64,000 nucleotides of DNA from NCBI GenBank assembly GCA_964585925.1, contig CAZPFS010000001.1:48221-112220 (forward strand), read 5' to 3'. The notes below the pieces were generated by a model. That model did not search any database. It saw only the letters and a program-made list of their open reading frames with translations, and was not told the origin of the DNA. A program made the translations under genes and the position numbers. The stretch comes from an uncultured Syntrophomonadaceae bacterium. Lineage in GTDB: Bacteria; Bacillota; Dethiobacteria; DTU022. The first letter of the stretch is position 1; every line of letters starts with the position of its first letter. Below are positions 19,172 through 29,830 of this stretch, piece after piece.

Positions 19172-20173
19172 ATGTCTTTGCTCAACCATATGGAAGAAGA
19201 AACCATCGCCGAAGTGGGAAATATTTCACTGGGGGCGGCAGCCAATGCTTTATCGCTGATTATAAACCGGAGGGTATACATTACCGCACCCCATGTTCAG
19301 GAGTTGACGGTACAAGAAATAAGACGTGGTTTCCCCGTGCCCTGCCTGCTGGCGGAAAGCAGTTATCAGAGCGGTCTCCGGGGGGACAACATTTTGATCA
19401 TGAAACAGGATGACGCGATGGCGATTGCCTCCCTGATGATGGGGGGGCGGGGTGAAGGATTCCTGGGGGAGATGGAATTAAGCGCCATTCAGGAGGCCAT
19501 GAATCAGATGACAGGGTACATGGCCACCTCCATGTCGGAGATGTTCGGGCAGGTCATAGAAATATCACCTCCTAAGTTAACCATATGCAACCTTGCTGAA
19601 AAAAGCATTAGCGGGATGGAGGATGAGATTTTAGCTGTACAGATCTCTTTTTCCATCCAGGTTGAAGGGCTGATTGACAGCAAGCTGATCCAGGTTGTAC
19701 CCCTGGAATTTGCCAGGCGGATGGCCAAATTTTTACTTTCGGGCGGGGGGACAGCGCTGGAAACAGAACCTGAGAAAACACTGAGGGAGGGTGAACAGCC
19801 GCCGCCCCCCTTGACGGCGGGAACGGAAGACGAAATATTCGCAGAGCCTGGTTCAGCGACGGAACAATTTGAAAAAGCGGAAGAGGCTGCAGAGGTAAAT
19901 ACTCCTCGTGAGAAATCCGTCTCGGATCAGTGGGGGAAGTTGGATATGGTTAAGGAAATCCCGCTGGAAATAACCGTATATCTGGGGAAAACCAGAATAC
20001 CTTTGGGGAATTTGTTTACCCTTGGTCAGGGAGGGATCATTTGCCTGGATCAATTGGCCGGGGAAGCGGTGGAGATCCTGATCAACGATAAACCGATTGC
20101 CAAAGGAGAGGTGGTCCTGATCAACGAGCAGTTTGGAGTAAAAATTACCAATCAGATTTTAATGTCCGGTTAG
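19172..20173 (+). CDS. fliY: Flagellar switch phosphatase FliY
   Basis: Two CheC-type ExxN sites (EVGN, EAMN) plus a C-terminal FliN domain. Confidence 0.92.
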   Translation: MSLLNHMEEETIAEVGNISLGAAANALSLIINRRVYITAPHVQELTVQEIRRGFPVPCLLAESSYQSGLRGDNILIMKQDDAMAIASLMMGGRGEGFLGEMELSAIQEAMNQMTGYMATSMSEMFGQVIEISPPKLTICNLAEKSISGMEDEILAVQISFSIQVEGLIDSKLIQVVPLEFARRMAKFLLSGGGTALETEPEKTLREGEQPPPPLTAGTEDEIFAEPGSATEQFEKAEEAAEVNTPREKSVSDQWGKLDMVKEIPLEITVYLGKTRIPLGNLFTLGQGGIICLDQLAGEAVEILINDKPIAKGEVVLINEQFGVKITNQILMSG

Positions 20174-20222
20174 AAAGGGCTGATTCTCATATAATTACCG
20201 GGTTGACAGGAGGATATATGAA

Positions 20223-22196
20223 ATGGATCGCATGGAGTATGTAGATCTTTTCAGTTCCGAGGCCGGTGAGTATTTGCAAATTTTAAACCGATGCGCCCTG
20301 CGCTTGGAAAAGGAACCCGAGCATATGCAGAGCATTCAGGAGGCTTTCCGGGCAGTGCACAGCCTGAAAGGGATGGCCGGTACAATGGGTTACGGCCAAA
20401 TTACGGAGATCACCCATTCCCTGGAAAACCTGCTGGAAGATTTGAAATCCGGAAACGTGTACCCCAATACCGTTGTTATGGATGTACTGTTTGAAGCGAT
20501 TGATATGCTCCAAGGTGCGCTGGCCAACCCGGAACAAGATGATCGGCAAGGTAAAAACAGGGTTGAAAAGATTGCCGATAAAATAAGGCACATCTGCCTG
20601 TTTTCAGGCACCTCTGACAAACCCGATCCGAACTTCTTTGGTGAGATCGGATTCAGCTTGAGCGAAACAGACAGAGAAACAATCCGGGCGGCCAAAGAAA
20701 AAAATCAGCATATTTTTGCGGTAAACGTCAGGTTGTCCGAACATGCTCCCATGAAATCCGTGCGCTCATACATGGTGATCAAGAAATTGCTTGCCTGTGG
20801 GGATATACTGGCCTCTGATCCTTCTTTCCAGGATCTGGAAGACGAAAATTTTGATTGTGCTTTCCAGGTAGTTTTAGCCGCCTCCCGGTCTCCAGGGAAA
20901 AAAATGTGCAAAGAGTTGCTAAACATAACAGATGTGGAGGATGTGGAAATTAACCCCTGGAAAGATGCGGCAGTGACCGGGGAGGTTGAGAGACGGTTGT
21001 CCGCGGATCTCCGCGGGGGTGGTGATGAGGGAGCAAGCCAAAGGGACATAGATAAATTGGTACGGGTTGAAACAACAAAACTGGATCAACTGGTAAACCT
21101 GGTAGGCGAAATGGTGGTTGCAAGAACCAGGGTTTTGGAATTGGGGCGGGGGCATTCTGAAGAATTGGATAATCTTCTGGAACAGATGAGACGATCAATC
21201 AGTAATCTTCAGGATATAGCCATGAAATTGCGGTTGGTGCCCATAAACCAGGTATTTGACAGATTCCCCCGCATGGTCAGGGATATCAGCCGTTCCCTGG
21301 GGAAAAAAGTACGTCTGATGATTAGCGGTGAACAGACCGAACTGGATCGCTCCATTGTTAATCGGTTGTCCGATCCCCTTGTTCACCTGATCCGAAATTC
21401 GATAGATCACGGCATCGAATCGGAAGAAGTCAGAAAAGCTCGCGGTAAAAAACCGGAAGGGACAGTTTTATTGAAAGCGTATCATGAAGGCAATCATATA
21501 GTTATCCTTGTGGAGGACGACGGAGGGGGTATTGATCCCCAGGTGGTTAGAAATACCGCCCTTAAGAAAGGGATCATCAGTCCGGAGGAATCTTCTCGCC
21601 TTTCCGAACAGGAAATGTTAAACCTCATATTTTTGAGCGGGCTCAGCACTTCCTCCCAAATAACAGATATTTCCGGACGGGGAGTGGGTATGGATGTGGT
21701 CAAAGCCAGTATTGAGGCCCTTCATGGTTCCATTCGGATCAGCAGCCGAATCTCAGAAATGACTCGTTTTTCATTGCGAATTCCCCTGACGCTGGCGATC
21801 ATCAATTCGCTTCTGGTCAAGGCAGCCGGTCAGATTTTGGCCATTCCAATAGAGGCAATAGAAGAAAACATATTTCTGGAACAAAGCGAAATAAAAACTG
21901 TCTGCGGAAAAAAGGCAGTAAATTTACGGGATGAAGCTGTTTTTTTACATTCCCTGGGACAAATGCTTGGCTTTCCTGAAAATGCTTGTTCGGAGCTGCC
22001 GGGTTTTCCGGTGGTGATCGTGGAAGCAGGGGGGAAAAAAGCAGGATTAATCGTAGAGGAGTTGATCGGACAGCAGGAAATCATGATCAAGCCGCTGGGG
22101 AATTACCTGGGAGGCCTGAATGGAATAGCCGGGGCCACTATTCTTGGAAACGGCCGGGTAACCCTGATTGTAGATGTTTTGGACCTGTTATCATAA
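20223..22196 (+). CDS. cheA: Chemotaxis histidine kinase CheA
   Basis: Hpt (VHSLKGMAG), P2, HLIRNSIDHG, DDGGG, GRGVGMDVVK, and a C-terminal CheW domain. Confidence 0.97.
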   Translation: MDRMEYVDLFSSEAGEYLQILNRCALRLEKEPEHMQSIQEAFRAVHSLKGMAGTMGYGQITEITHSLENLLEDLKSGNVYPNTVVMDVLFEAIDMLQGALANPEQDDRQGKNRVEKIADKIRHICLFSGTSDKPDPNFFGEIGFSLSETDRETIRAAKEKNQHIFAVNVRLSEHAPMKSVRSYMVIKKLLACGDILASDPSFQDLEDENFDCAFQVVLAASRSPGKKMCKELLNITDVEDVEINPWKDAAVTGEVERRLSADLRGGGDEGASQRDIDKLVRVETTKLDQLVNLVGEMVVARTRVLELGRGHSEELDNLLEQMRRSISNLQDIAMKLRLVPINQVFDRFPRMVRDISRSLGKKVRLMISGEQTELDRSIVNRLSDPLVHLIRNSIDHGIESEEVRKARGKKPEGTVLLKAYHEGNHIVILVEDDGGGIDPQVVRNTALKKGIISPEESSRLSEQEMLNLIFLSGLSTSSQITDISGRGVGMDVVKASIEALHGSIRISSRISEMTRFSLRIPLTLAIINSLLVKAAGQILAIPIEAIEENIFLEQSEIKTVCGKKAVNLRDEAVFLHSLGQMLGFPENACSELPGFPVVIVEAGGKKAGLIVEELIGQQEIMIKPLGNYLGGLNGIAGATILGNGRVTLIVDVLDLLS

Positions 22197-22212
22197 AGGA
22201 GGTGATCCGAAA

Positions 22213-22578
22213 ATGGGAAATACTGTACTGGTGGTTGATGACACCGCTTTCATGCGGATGACCCTAAAAAACATATTGGAGAAAAATGGGTATTCCGTGA
22301 TCGGGGAGGGAGAGGACGGACTTCAGGCCATAGAGTTATATAAAAAACTCAATCCTTCACTGGTAACCATGGATATTACCATGCCCAACCTGGATGGGAT
22401 CAAAGCAATTCAGGAAATCATCAAGCATGATGGTCGGGCGACAATCATAGTGGTCAGTGCAATGGGACAAAAAGGGCTGGTCATTGACGCCCTGAATGCC
22501 GGGGCAAAAGATTTTGTAGTTAAACCGTTTCAACCGGAACGGATCACTGAAGCGTTGCAAAAGATTTCAGCCGGATAG
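22213..22578 (+). CDS. cheY: Chemotaxis response regulator CheY
   Basis: VVDD, MDITMP, KPF motifs. Start at ATG 22213 after GGAGG. Confidence 0.95.
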   Translation: MGNTVLVVDDTAFMRMTLKNILEKNGYSVIGEGEDGLQAIELYKKLNPSLVTMDITMPNLDGIKAIQEIIKHDGRATIIVVSAMGQKGLVIDALNAGAKDFVVKPFQPERITEALQKISAG

Positions 22579-22588
22579 AAGGGAAATC

Positions 22589-23200
22589 ATGATGCAAAAA
22601 ATTAAAATCACTGAGCAGGATAAGGATATTCTGGCGGAAATGGCCAACATAGGAACCGGCAACGCCGCTACCGCTTTATCTCATATGCTCAATCACGAAA
22701 AGATTACCTTGGAAGTACCGGAAGTCCGGATTGCCCCGCTACAAAATGTTCCCGAATCGGTAGGGGATCCCGAACAAAAAGTAGCGGTGATTATGATGGA
22801 GGCGGTAAGCAGCAAGCTTTCCCTGACAATCCTGCTGGTTCTTTCATTCCCGGCCATCATGTCCTTAATTTCCAGGCTGCTCCCCGAAGGATACGAGCCC
22901 TTGGGTGAGATGGGAAGATCACTGTTGGTAGAATTGGGAAATATCCTGACGGGCTCTTATTTGGGAGCCCTGGCGGCTATGACCGGACTCACCTTTACCC
23001 TGGCTCCTCCGGTGTTGGGGTTGGATATGGCCGGAGCGCTGCTCGGATCGGTAATTGCCGAAAAAATGATGCTTGATGATGATTTTATTTTGATCAAGAC
23101 TACCATGCATATTCTCGATGAAAATGTGGATGGGAACATATTATTGCTCCCTACAGCAGGTTCTTTGCACACAACATTTCAACAGTTGGGAGATTGTTGA
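22589..23200 (+). CDS. cheC: Chemotaxis phosphatase CheC
   Basis: EMANIGTGNAATALS and ELGNILTGSY ExxN sites. Confidence 0.93.
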   Translation: MMQKIKITEQDKDILAEMANIGTGNAATALSHMLNHEKITLEVPEVRIAPLQNVPESVGDPEQKVAVIMMEAVSSKLSLTILLVLSFPAIMSLISRLLPEGYEPLGEMGRSLLVELGNILTGSYLGALAAMTGLTFTLAPPVLGLDMAGALLGSVIAEKMMLDDDFILIKTTMHILDENVDGNILLLPTAGSLHTTFQQLGDC

Positions 23201-23721
23201 TGGAAACAGTATATATCCGGATAGCCGACCTGGCGGTGCTGCAACACGACGGTTTGTTGGTAACCATCGGTTTGGGATCTTGTGTGGGAGTGGCGTTGTA
23301 TGACTCCAACCGGAAAATAGCCGGGTTGGCCCATATTTTATTGCATGATAGCGGTAAATATGTAAAAGTGGGCTCCAATCATTTCAACGCGGCCAAATTT
23401 GCAGATACGGCCATACCCGAACTAATTGGGGCCATGGAAAAAATGGGGGCGGAAAGGAAAACACTGGTAGCCCATCTCGCCGGTGGCAGCCAGTTGTTTG
23501 ATTTCAAATTTGAAGGGGCGGGGATAGGACAAAAAAATCTGGAAGCAGCCCGGAGCATACTGAAGGAGTTGGGGATCCGGATAATATCTGAAAATACGGG
23601 CGGCAACCACGGCCGGACCATGAAAATTTCTGCAAGTACCGGAGAAGTGACTATATCATCTCTTAGCAAGGGAGATAAGCCCAAATGTTACCAGTCATGT
23701 CTTCCCTTAAAACAGGCCTAA
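23200..23721 (+). CDS. cheD: Chemoreceptor glutamine deamidase CheD
   Basis: GLGSCVGVALYD, GLAHILL, KFADTAI, IGQKN. Confidence 0.94.
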   Translation: METVYIRIADLAVLQHDGLLVTIGLGSCVGVALYDSNRKIAGLAHILLHDSGKYVKVGSNHFNAAKFADTAIPELIGAMEKMGAERKTLVAHLAGGSQLFDFKFEGAGIGQKNLEAARSILKELGIRIISENTGGNHGRTMKISASTGEVTISSLSKGDKPKCYQSCLPLKQA

Positions 23722-24332
23722 ATGGAGATATCGCAAAGGAAAAAAAGAAAGCCCGGGTTGTAGTTGCTGTTGGCGGTTCCACCGGTGGAACCAGAGCCTC
23801 GGAAAATATAATTGCGAATCTGCCTGCCGATTTGTCGGCAGCGGTGATAGTTTGTTTGCATATGCCGCCGAGGTTTACCTCCATGTTCGCCCGTCGATTA
23901 GATGAGTTATCCAAGCTGTCGGTAGCGGAAGCCGGGGAGGGGGATTTTCTTGTCGAGGGGACGGCGCTGATTGCCCCGGGTGGTTTTCATCTGATCATCA
24001 GCGGACAGAAGGTAGTTTTGAGGCTGGATAAAGAAGTACATCACCTCCGGCCGGCGATAGATGTGATGTTAAAATCATTGGCCGATTCCGATTACCGGGT
24101 GATTGCGGTTATACTTACCGGAATGGGAATGGATGGAACGGAAGGGGTCAAATATTTGAAACTCTGCAAACCGGAATCAATAATCTTAGTCCAGGATCCG
24201 GAAACTGCCACTATCCCCAGTATGCCCAGATCAATTGTTGCCAGCGGCTGTTACCATGAAATAGTATCCCTGACGGATCTTCCCGCCAGGATTGTCAAAT
24301 ATGCCCGGGATTTGGCCGCAAATGAGTATTAA
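23685..24332 (+). CDS. cheB: Methylesterase CheB, catalytic domain only (no receiver domain)
   Basis: GGSTGG, HMP and LTGMGMDG (Ser/His/Asp triad); only 215 aa, with about 20 residues before the catalytic domain. Confidence 0.88.
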   Translation: MLPVMSSLKTGLNGDIAKEKKKARVVVAVGGSTGGTRASENIIANLPADLSAAVIVCLHMPPRFTSMFARRLDELSKLSVAEAGEGDFLVEGTALIAPGGFHLIISGQKVVLRLDKEVHHLRPAIDVMLKSLADSDYRVIAVILTGMGMDGTEGVKYLKLCKPESIILVQDPETATIPSMPRSIVASGCYHEIVSLTDLPARIVKYARDLAANEY

Positions 24333-25144
24333 TGAGGACGTGTGAAATGATCGAACGGTGGAGCTACCGGGAATTTATTAATAAGTCACGTTTGCTTACC
24401 GGTCTGGATCTTGACAGTTATAAAGAGAGGCAGATGGAAAGGCGGATCAGGCAGTGGATGACCCGGCGGAAATATGCCGGTTTCGAGGATCTGTATGCTT
24501 TCCTGGAAAACGATGAGGACGAAAAACTGCAATTTATAAATTATATTACCATAAATACCTCTGAGTTTTTCAGGGACAGTCCGGTATTTGATTATTTGTC
24601 TATCCGGGTTTTGCCTGATTTGTTGGACAACTATCACCAACTTAATATTTGGAGCGCGGCTTGTTCCACCGGGGAAGAACCGTATTCAATGAACATCATT
24701 GCCCATGAATTGCAGGCCGGAAACAGGGTAAAGATACTGGCCGGCGATATCGATCACTGCGCTCTGAACACGGCAAGGGCGGGCAAGTACAGCTCACGGC
24801 AGGTGGAAAAGGTTCCTCAGAATTACCGGGACAAATATTTTGAAAGAAACAATGGTTGTTTCTACATCCGGGAATTTTTAAAGAAATCAATTTGCTTCCA
24901 ACAGTATAATTTGTTGGCACTGGGTGAAAAACATGTTTATTCCTACCCGGTTCATCTCATTCTTTGTCGAAACGTGTTCATTTATTTCAAGTTCGAAATT
25001 CAGAAGCGGTTAATCGAATATTTTAGCCGACTTCTCCCTTCCGGCGGTTATTTTATTACCGGCTCGGTCGAGATGGTCAATGACCCCGGGATGTATGATC
25101 TGGAAAAACAGATAACGGCTGTATATAAAAAAGTAAACGATTAA
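24332..25144 (+). CDS. cheR: Chemotaxis methyltransferase CheR
   Basis: TINTSEFFRD, WSAACSTGEEPYS, LCRNVFIYF. Confidence 0.96.
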   Translation: MRTCEMIERWSYREFINKSRLLTGLDLDSYKERQMERRIRQWMTRRKYAGFEDLYAFLENDEDEKLQFINYITINTSEFFRDSPVFDYLSIRVLPDLLDNYHQLNIWSAACSTGEEPYSMNIIAHELQAGNRVKILAGDIDHCALNTARAGKYSSRQVEKVPQNYRDKYFERNNGCFYIREFLKKSICFQQYNLLALGEKHVYSYPVHLILCRNVFIYFKFEIQKRLIEYFSRLLPSGGYFITGSVEMVNDPGMYDLEKQITAVYKKVND

Positions 25145-25215
25145 AACCCGCAGATTTGCATTGAGAAAGAAGATGGCGGGAGTGGGCGGGTGGAGCCTCA
25201 GAAGGGCGGTTAAAG

Positions 25216-26049
25216 ATGATGTTGAGAAAAATATTGATGTCGTCCGTTATTTATCCGGCAGTAATAGTACTGTTTGCCCTTCATTTTATGATGGAAAGAA
25301 AAGGTCTGGCCCGGCTTCATGAAATATCGTATCAGCGGGCCGAACCATCGATAGACGCCATAAATCTGCCCGAAACAGCAAGGACTGAACAACTTCTTTT
25401 GCCCGGGACCCCGGATCAAACCGTTCTATATATTACAGAATCCGAGAAAGAAGGCCCGGTGATTCTGGTTATAGGCGGTATTCATGGAAATGAACCGGCG
25501 GGAAGCCTGGCGGCCGAATCCATAGCCACCTGGGTGGTGGATCGGGGTACCCTGCTGGTTATACCTCGAGCCAATGTACGGGCCATTTCGGCCCAAACCC
25601 GCTGCGCCCCGGGCAGCGGTGATTTAAATCGATCATTTCCCGGGATTGCCCACGGGGATTCCGGCAAGGCTCTGGCCCGGGCGATTTACAACGTAATGGC
25701 GGAATTCAGGCCCCAGTGGGTAATCGATCTCCATGAGGCCCGGGAATTCGAATATCATTTTCAGGGAGCCCTGGGACAAACTATAATTTATCCCCGCAAT
25801 TCAGGATCTCTGGATGTAGTATCCCAGGTGATCGCTACCTTAAATGAAGGGGACGGGTTATCTGAATACGGTCCTTTCATATTGCGGCGGGGAGCAGTAG
25901 AAGGAGGAACAATCAGTTCAGCGATCTCTTTGGGACTGGATGGTTTCATGGTTGAAACCTGCTGGCGAGAACCGCTGGAAGCAAGAGTAAGCCATCATCT
26001 CCGTGCTGTCAGTTCGCTGTTGCAGCTCATGGGTGTAACCATTTACTGA
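25216..26049 (+). CDS. Membrane-anchored M14/M99-like zinc carboxypeptidase (AstE/AspA fold)
   Basis: N-terminal TM; GGIHGNE (HxxE), DLNRSF, IDLHE zinc-ligand motifs. Confidence 0.72.
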   Translation: MMLRKILMSSVIYPAVIVLFALHFMMERKGLARLHEISYQRAEPSIDAINLPETARTEQLLLPGTPDQTVLYITESEKEGPVILVIGGIHGNEPAGSLAAESIATWVVDRGTLLVIPRANVRAISAQTRCAPGSGDLNRSFPGIAHGDSGKALARAIYNVMAEFRPQWVIDLHEAREFEYHFQGALGQTIIYPRNSGSLDVVSQVIATLNEGDGLSEYGPFILRRGAVEGGTISSAISLGLDGFMVETCWREPLEARVSHHLRAVSSLLQLMGVTIY

Positions 26050-26470
26050 AAACAGACCAATTTCGGGCAATAATAAGGAACAGGGCCAGGAAAGAGTAAA
26101 GAACATCCATTTCTTCTGCATCATGGCCGGACCCATGGGATTGGTGTTCCTTTTGAAAATCATATGCAACGATCTCTTAGGTCCGGGAAAATTTACCCGG
26201 GAGGTGAATGATTGGCTTCTGCAAATTATTAAATATCCCGTAATTCTCTGCAATATTCATCAAACCATAATCTGCACTTCATTTTGTAAGAATCGCACTT
26301 CGGCTTTCTAAGCGGTTCATCTTTCACTACCCCGGAAACTTTTCTCCTCCTGTTTTTTCTGTTTTGGTGATCCGCCAAATGCAATTATCGCCTCGTAATT
26401 CAGAAAAAAGTTGAGGTTGGTATAGAGTCAGGGAGATGTTCAATATCCAAAAATTGAAAGGGATGATTTA

Positions 26471-28435
26471 ATGAGAGCCAATAGTTTGAGAGTAATCATA
26501 ACCATATTATTTTTGTTGGCAGGGATTGTCCCCGTTATTGTAATAAGCATAGTCAATCTGGTGATTTTTAATCGTAATGTGGAAAGTGAGGTTATGGACA
26601 GCCTGAGCATGTTGGCGAACCTGTCTGAGTCCCGGCTGGAAGAATATTGCCGCGGAATAGAGGATAAGGCTTTGCTGATTACCTCGACTCAGGATGTTTA
26701 TGCCAGCCTCAATATTCTTCGGGAAACCGGTGGGGATATGGATTCCCCGGAATGGGCGGAAAGGGAGAGAACCCTGGGCGATTTACTCAAGAACGCAACC
26801 GGAGAGTTGGGACTTGCAAGAATATTTATAACCGATCAGGACGGAAAATGTGTGTATGATACGGGCAGGGATCTGGTTGGAACCAGTTTGCAGCACCGCG
26901 ATTACGTTCAGGCGGCTTTAAGGGGCTCTCCTTTTTGGTCACCACTCTTTTTTTCAGATATAATAGATCAAAATTCTTTGGTATTTTCTTCCCCTGTTTT
27001 TATCAAGGGTTTTTCCGGGAAGATATCCGGAACAGATATTTCCGGAACCATGAATATCCTGCTTAATGATGAGATAATTGGCCATATACTGCATGACCAA
27101 CTGAATAAAACCGGTAAAGAAAGCATTGATACCTATTTGATCGACGATCAAGGCCTGCTGTTGACCAATACCTGTCAGGGGGAATATATCGACAATGCTG
27201 CCTTGAACGAGACCATTACCACCAAAGCGGCAGAAATATTATCAGAAGAAATTATTTCCGGCAACACGGCGTTTAATACGCTGATCAGGTATAAGAACTA
27301 TCTGGGCAGGCCCGTATTGGGGAACCTGCAGGTTGTCATGATGGGCGGAAATCCGGTGGGTATGGTGGTGGAGATGGAGCAGGAAGAAGCCTTTGGGGGT
27401 ACATATAAATCGCGCAATGTGGCAATTGTGATTGCCATACTAATGGCAATGTTGATCGTCAGGATTGGCATCTCAGTTGCAAACAGCATTGCTCATCCCA
27501 TGCAGGAGATCGTGGCTGTGGCCTCGGGGATTGCCCGGGGGGATCTGTTGGTGGAAGCCAATGTTAGACGGAAAGATGAGATCGGTCAACTTGGACATGA
27601 ATTCAACAAGATGAGTCAGGGATTACGTCAGTTGATACGCCAGGCGGTGGACATGGCTACGGGGGTCAACCAGGGCAGTGAAACCGTATCTGCGGCTGCT
27701 GAAGCGATGAGCTCTTCTCTGGAAGAAATTTCGACGACCATAAATGAATTCGCCGGCAATGTGCAACATCTCAGCAACAGTACCCAACAGATGGCCGGGA
27801 CGAATCAGGAAATCGTAAAAAAGGCGGAAGGGGGCAGATCGGCAATCGATCAAGCCATAGAGCAAATGCATACCATCAGCCGGCGAGTCAGCGATCTTCA
27901 GGGTGTTATTGCCCAGGTCGATCAGCGTTCCGGTGATATTGGACAGATATTGGTGGTAATCAGCGATATCGCGGGTCAGACCAACTTGCTGGCTCTGAAT
28001 GCGGCCATTGAGGCCGCTCGGGCCGGGGATCAGGGGCGCGGTTTTGCAGTGGTGGCCGAAGAGGTTCGAAAACTGGCCGAGCAATCGGCGAGAGCGGCGG
28101 CCGAAATAGGGGAACTGATTCAGGCTACTCAGCAGGAAAGCAAACGGGCCATGGAAAATATGAGCTATGGCGTAAAAGAGGTGGAGGTAGGGACCGCCCT
28201 GGTGACCGATCTGGGTTCATCCTTTAAAGGAATTCTTCAGGATGTGGCGGAAATAGGCAAACAGGTGGAAGAGGCTGCAGCGGCCGCGGAGGAGCTCAGC
28301 GCCGGAAGCGAGGAGATGGCGGCTTCGGCGCAGGAACAATCTTCGACCATGCAGGAGGTGGCTGCGTCGGCGGAAGATCTACGGGTATCATCGGAGAACC
28401 TGTTTGGGGAGCTTAACAAATTCAAATACCAGTAA
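26471..28435 (+). CDS. Methyl-accepting chemotaxis protein with Cache-like sensor and HAMP
   Basis: Two TMs flanking an extracellular domain (HRDYVQAAL...), HAMP (RKDEIGQL), and [20 protein letters not shown]. Confidence 0.95.
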   Translation: MRANSLRVIITILFLLAGIVPVIVISIVNLVIFNRNVESEVMDSLSMLANLSESRLEEYCRGIEDKALLITSTQDVYASLNILRETGGDMDSPEWAERERTLGDLLKNATGELGLARIFITDQDGKCVYDTGRDLVGTSLQHRDYVQAALRGSPFWSPLFFSDIIDQNSLVFSSPVFIKGFSGKISGTDISGTMNILLNDEIIGHILHDQLNKTGKESIDTYLIDDQGLLLTNTCQGEYIDNAALNETITTKAAEILSEEIISGNTAFNTLIRYKNYLGRPVLGNLQVVMMGGNPVGMVVEMEQEEAFGGTYKSRNVAIVIAILMAMLIVRIGISVANSIAHPMQEIVAVASGIARGDLLVEANVRRKDEIGQLGHEFNKMSQGLRQLIRQAVDMATGVNQGSETVSAAAEAMSSSLEEISTTINEFAGNVQHLSNSTQQMAGTNQEIVKKAEGGRSAIDQAIEQMHTISRRVSDLQGVIAQVDQRSGDIGQILVVISDIAGQTNLLALNAAIEAARAGDQGRGFAVVAEEVRKLAEQSARAAAEIGELIQATQQESKRAMENMSYGVKEVEVGTALVTDLGSSFKGILQDVAEIGKQVEEAAAAAEELSAGSEEMAASAQEQSSTMQEVAASAEDLRVSSENLFGELNKFKYQ

Positions 28436-28471
28436 TGGCGTCTTTAGTTTGTGGAAGGAAGGGATGTCAAG

Positions 28472-29008
28472 ATGGAAGGGAAAATAAAGGAAAAAGAGGT
28501 GCAACTGGTAACTTTTCTGCTGAATGATGAGGAATTTGCCTGCGACATCAACAATGTACGGGAAGTACTGAAAATGCTCGAAATAACCCCGGTTCCCAGG
28601 GCTCCCAGGTTTGTGGAGGGAGTGATCAATCTGCGCGGAGAAGTGGTTCCGGTAATAGATCTGCGCAAAAGATTTGACCTGCCGGGAATTGAATATGGGG
28701 AAAAGACCCGTGTGGTCATAGTGGAAATTGCCCCCAACCGGGTGGGGATGGTAGTGGATGCGGTAAAAGAGGTGCTGCGGCTGCCGGAATCCAAACTGCA
28801 GGCCTATCCCTCGGGCATCACCGGGGAATGTTCCGAATTGATCAAGGGTGTAGGCAAACTGGGAGAACGATTGCTGGTTATATTAAACTTGGAATTTATT
28901 TTGAGTACCAAAGAACAGCTGGCCCTGAAAGATATTGCCGCCGCCGGACGGGAGGCCGCCGCGCTTCGGGATGAAAAAAAAGAAACCGGGGCAAGGAAAA
29001 GAAAATAA
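28472..29008 (+). CDS. cheW: Chemotaxis coupling protein CheW
   Basis: ITPVPRAPRFVEGVINLRGEVVPVIDLRKRF. Confidence 0.95.
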   Translation: MEGKIKEKEVQLVTFLLNDEEFACDINNVREVLKMLEITPVPRAPRFVEGVINLRGEVVPVIDLRKRFDLPGIEYGEKTRVVIVEIAPNRVGMVVDAVKEVLRLPESKLQAYPSGITGECSELIKGVGKLGERLLVILNLEFILSTKEQLALKDIAAAGREAAALRDEKKETGARKRK

Positions 29009-29288
29009 AAGAGGGAAACTGGAATGATGGCGATCTGGTACCGGGGGGCATTTACCATAAAAATGTCCCCCATTTTATAATAATGCCACTGTTACCAATT
29101 TGATTATCCTCACGGGCTAATTCAAAAGATGGAAATACCAAATAATATACTGTCTAACAGGAATAATGAGCCCATTTATGGAATTCAAAGCTGTTATGAA
29201 GAATTGGGTACAGGACAGAGTTTATCGGAGTTAATCTTAAATTTTCCGGTATGCCTATCAAAAATACTTGAGGAAGGAAAGCGAAAAA

Positions 29289-29804
29289 ATGAATGAAGCG
29301 CTTCTGGTTATCGACATGCTCCATGATTTTTTGAATGAAGACGGTGCTCTGAGCATTGGAGACTCAGGGCAGATTATCCGCCAGGTGGGCTGCCGGTTGG
29401 TTGAGTGGCGTTCGCGGGGGAAACCGGTAATATATATCATGGACCGGCATCTGCCCACAGACGCCGAATTTCAGATGTTCCCGCCCCATTGTCTGTCCGG
29501 GGAAAAGGGCGCGGAAATAATTGCCGAACTGGCGCCTCGCAGAGGAGATATCCTGATCCACAAGCGGCGGTACAGCGCATTTTTCGGCACAGATCTGGAT
29601 CTTACCCTCAGGGAACTGGGGGTCAGCGAACTGGAACTGACCGGCGTCTGTACCAATATTTGCGTCCTCTATACTGCCGCCGACGCCCGCATGCTTAATT
29701 ACGGGGTGACGGTGCGCAGAGAATGTGTAGCTTCATTTGATGAGAACGCTCACGTTTTTGCCTTAAAAGAGATGGAAAAGACCCTGGGTGTAAAGGTGAT
29801 TTAG
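29289..29804 (+). CDS. pncA: Isochorismatase-family cysteine hydrolase, probably nicotinamidase
   Basis: VIDM, D-x-H metal ligands, PPHC, KRRYSAF, GVCTNICV; adjacent to pncB. Confidence 0.75.
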   Translation: MNEALLVIDMLHDFLNEDGALSIGDSGQIIRQVGCRLVEWRSRGKPVIYIMDRHLPTDAEFQMFPPHCLSGEKGAEIIAELAPRRGDILIHKRRYSAFFGTDLDLTLRELGVSELELTGVCTNICVLYTAADARMLNYGVTVRRECVASFDENAHVFALKEMEKTLGVKVI

Positions 29805-29830
29805 GGCGACGGCGCCGAGGAGGTACACCA

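Noticed and set aside
20550-20582. Internal sigma-28 promoter inside cheA (GCCGATAA)
   Set aside because: TAAA lies 18 nt away rather than 15-16, and the site is within coding sequence; likely chance.
26050-26470. c-di-GMP riboswitch or small gene upstream of the MCP
   Set aside because: No GEMM consensus; minus-strand frames contain stops and no recognisable motif.
27600-28435. MCP signalling domain seems shorter than the usual 44H Bacillota class
   Set aside because: A hand count (about 19 heptads per arm) is too imprecise to assign a class without an HMM.
29009-29288. NAD riboswitch or NiaR/NrtR operator upstream of pncA-pncB
   Set aside because: No convincing palindrome or aptamer pattern recognised.
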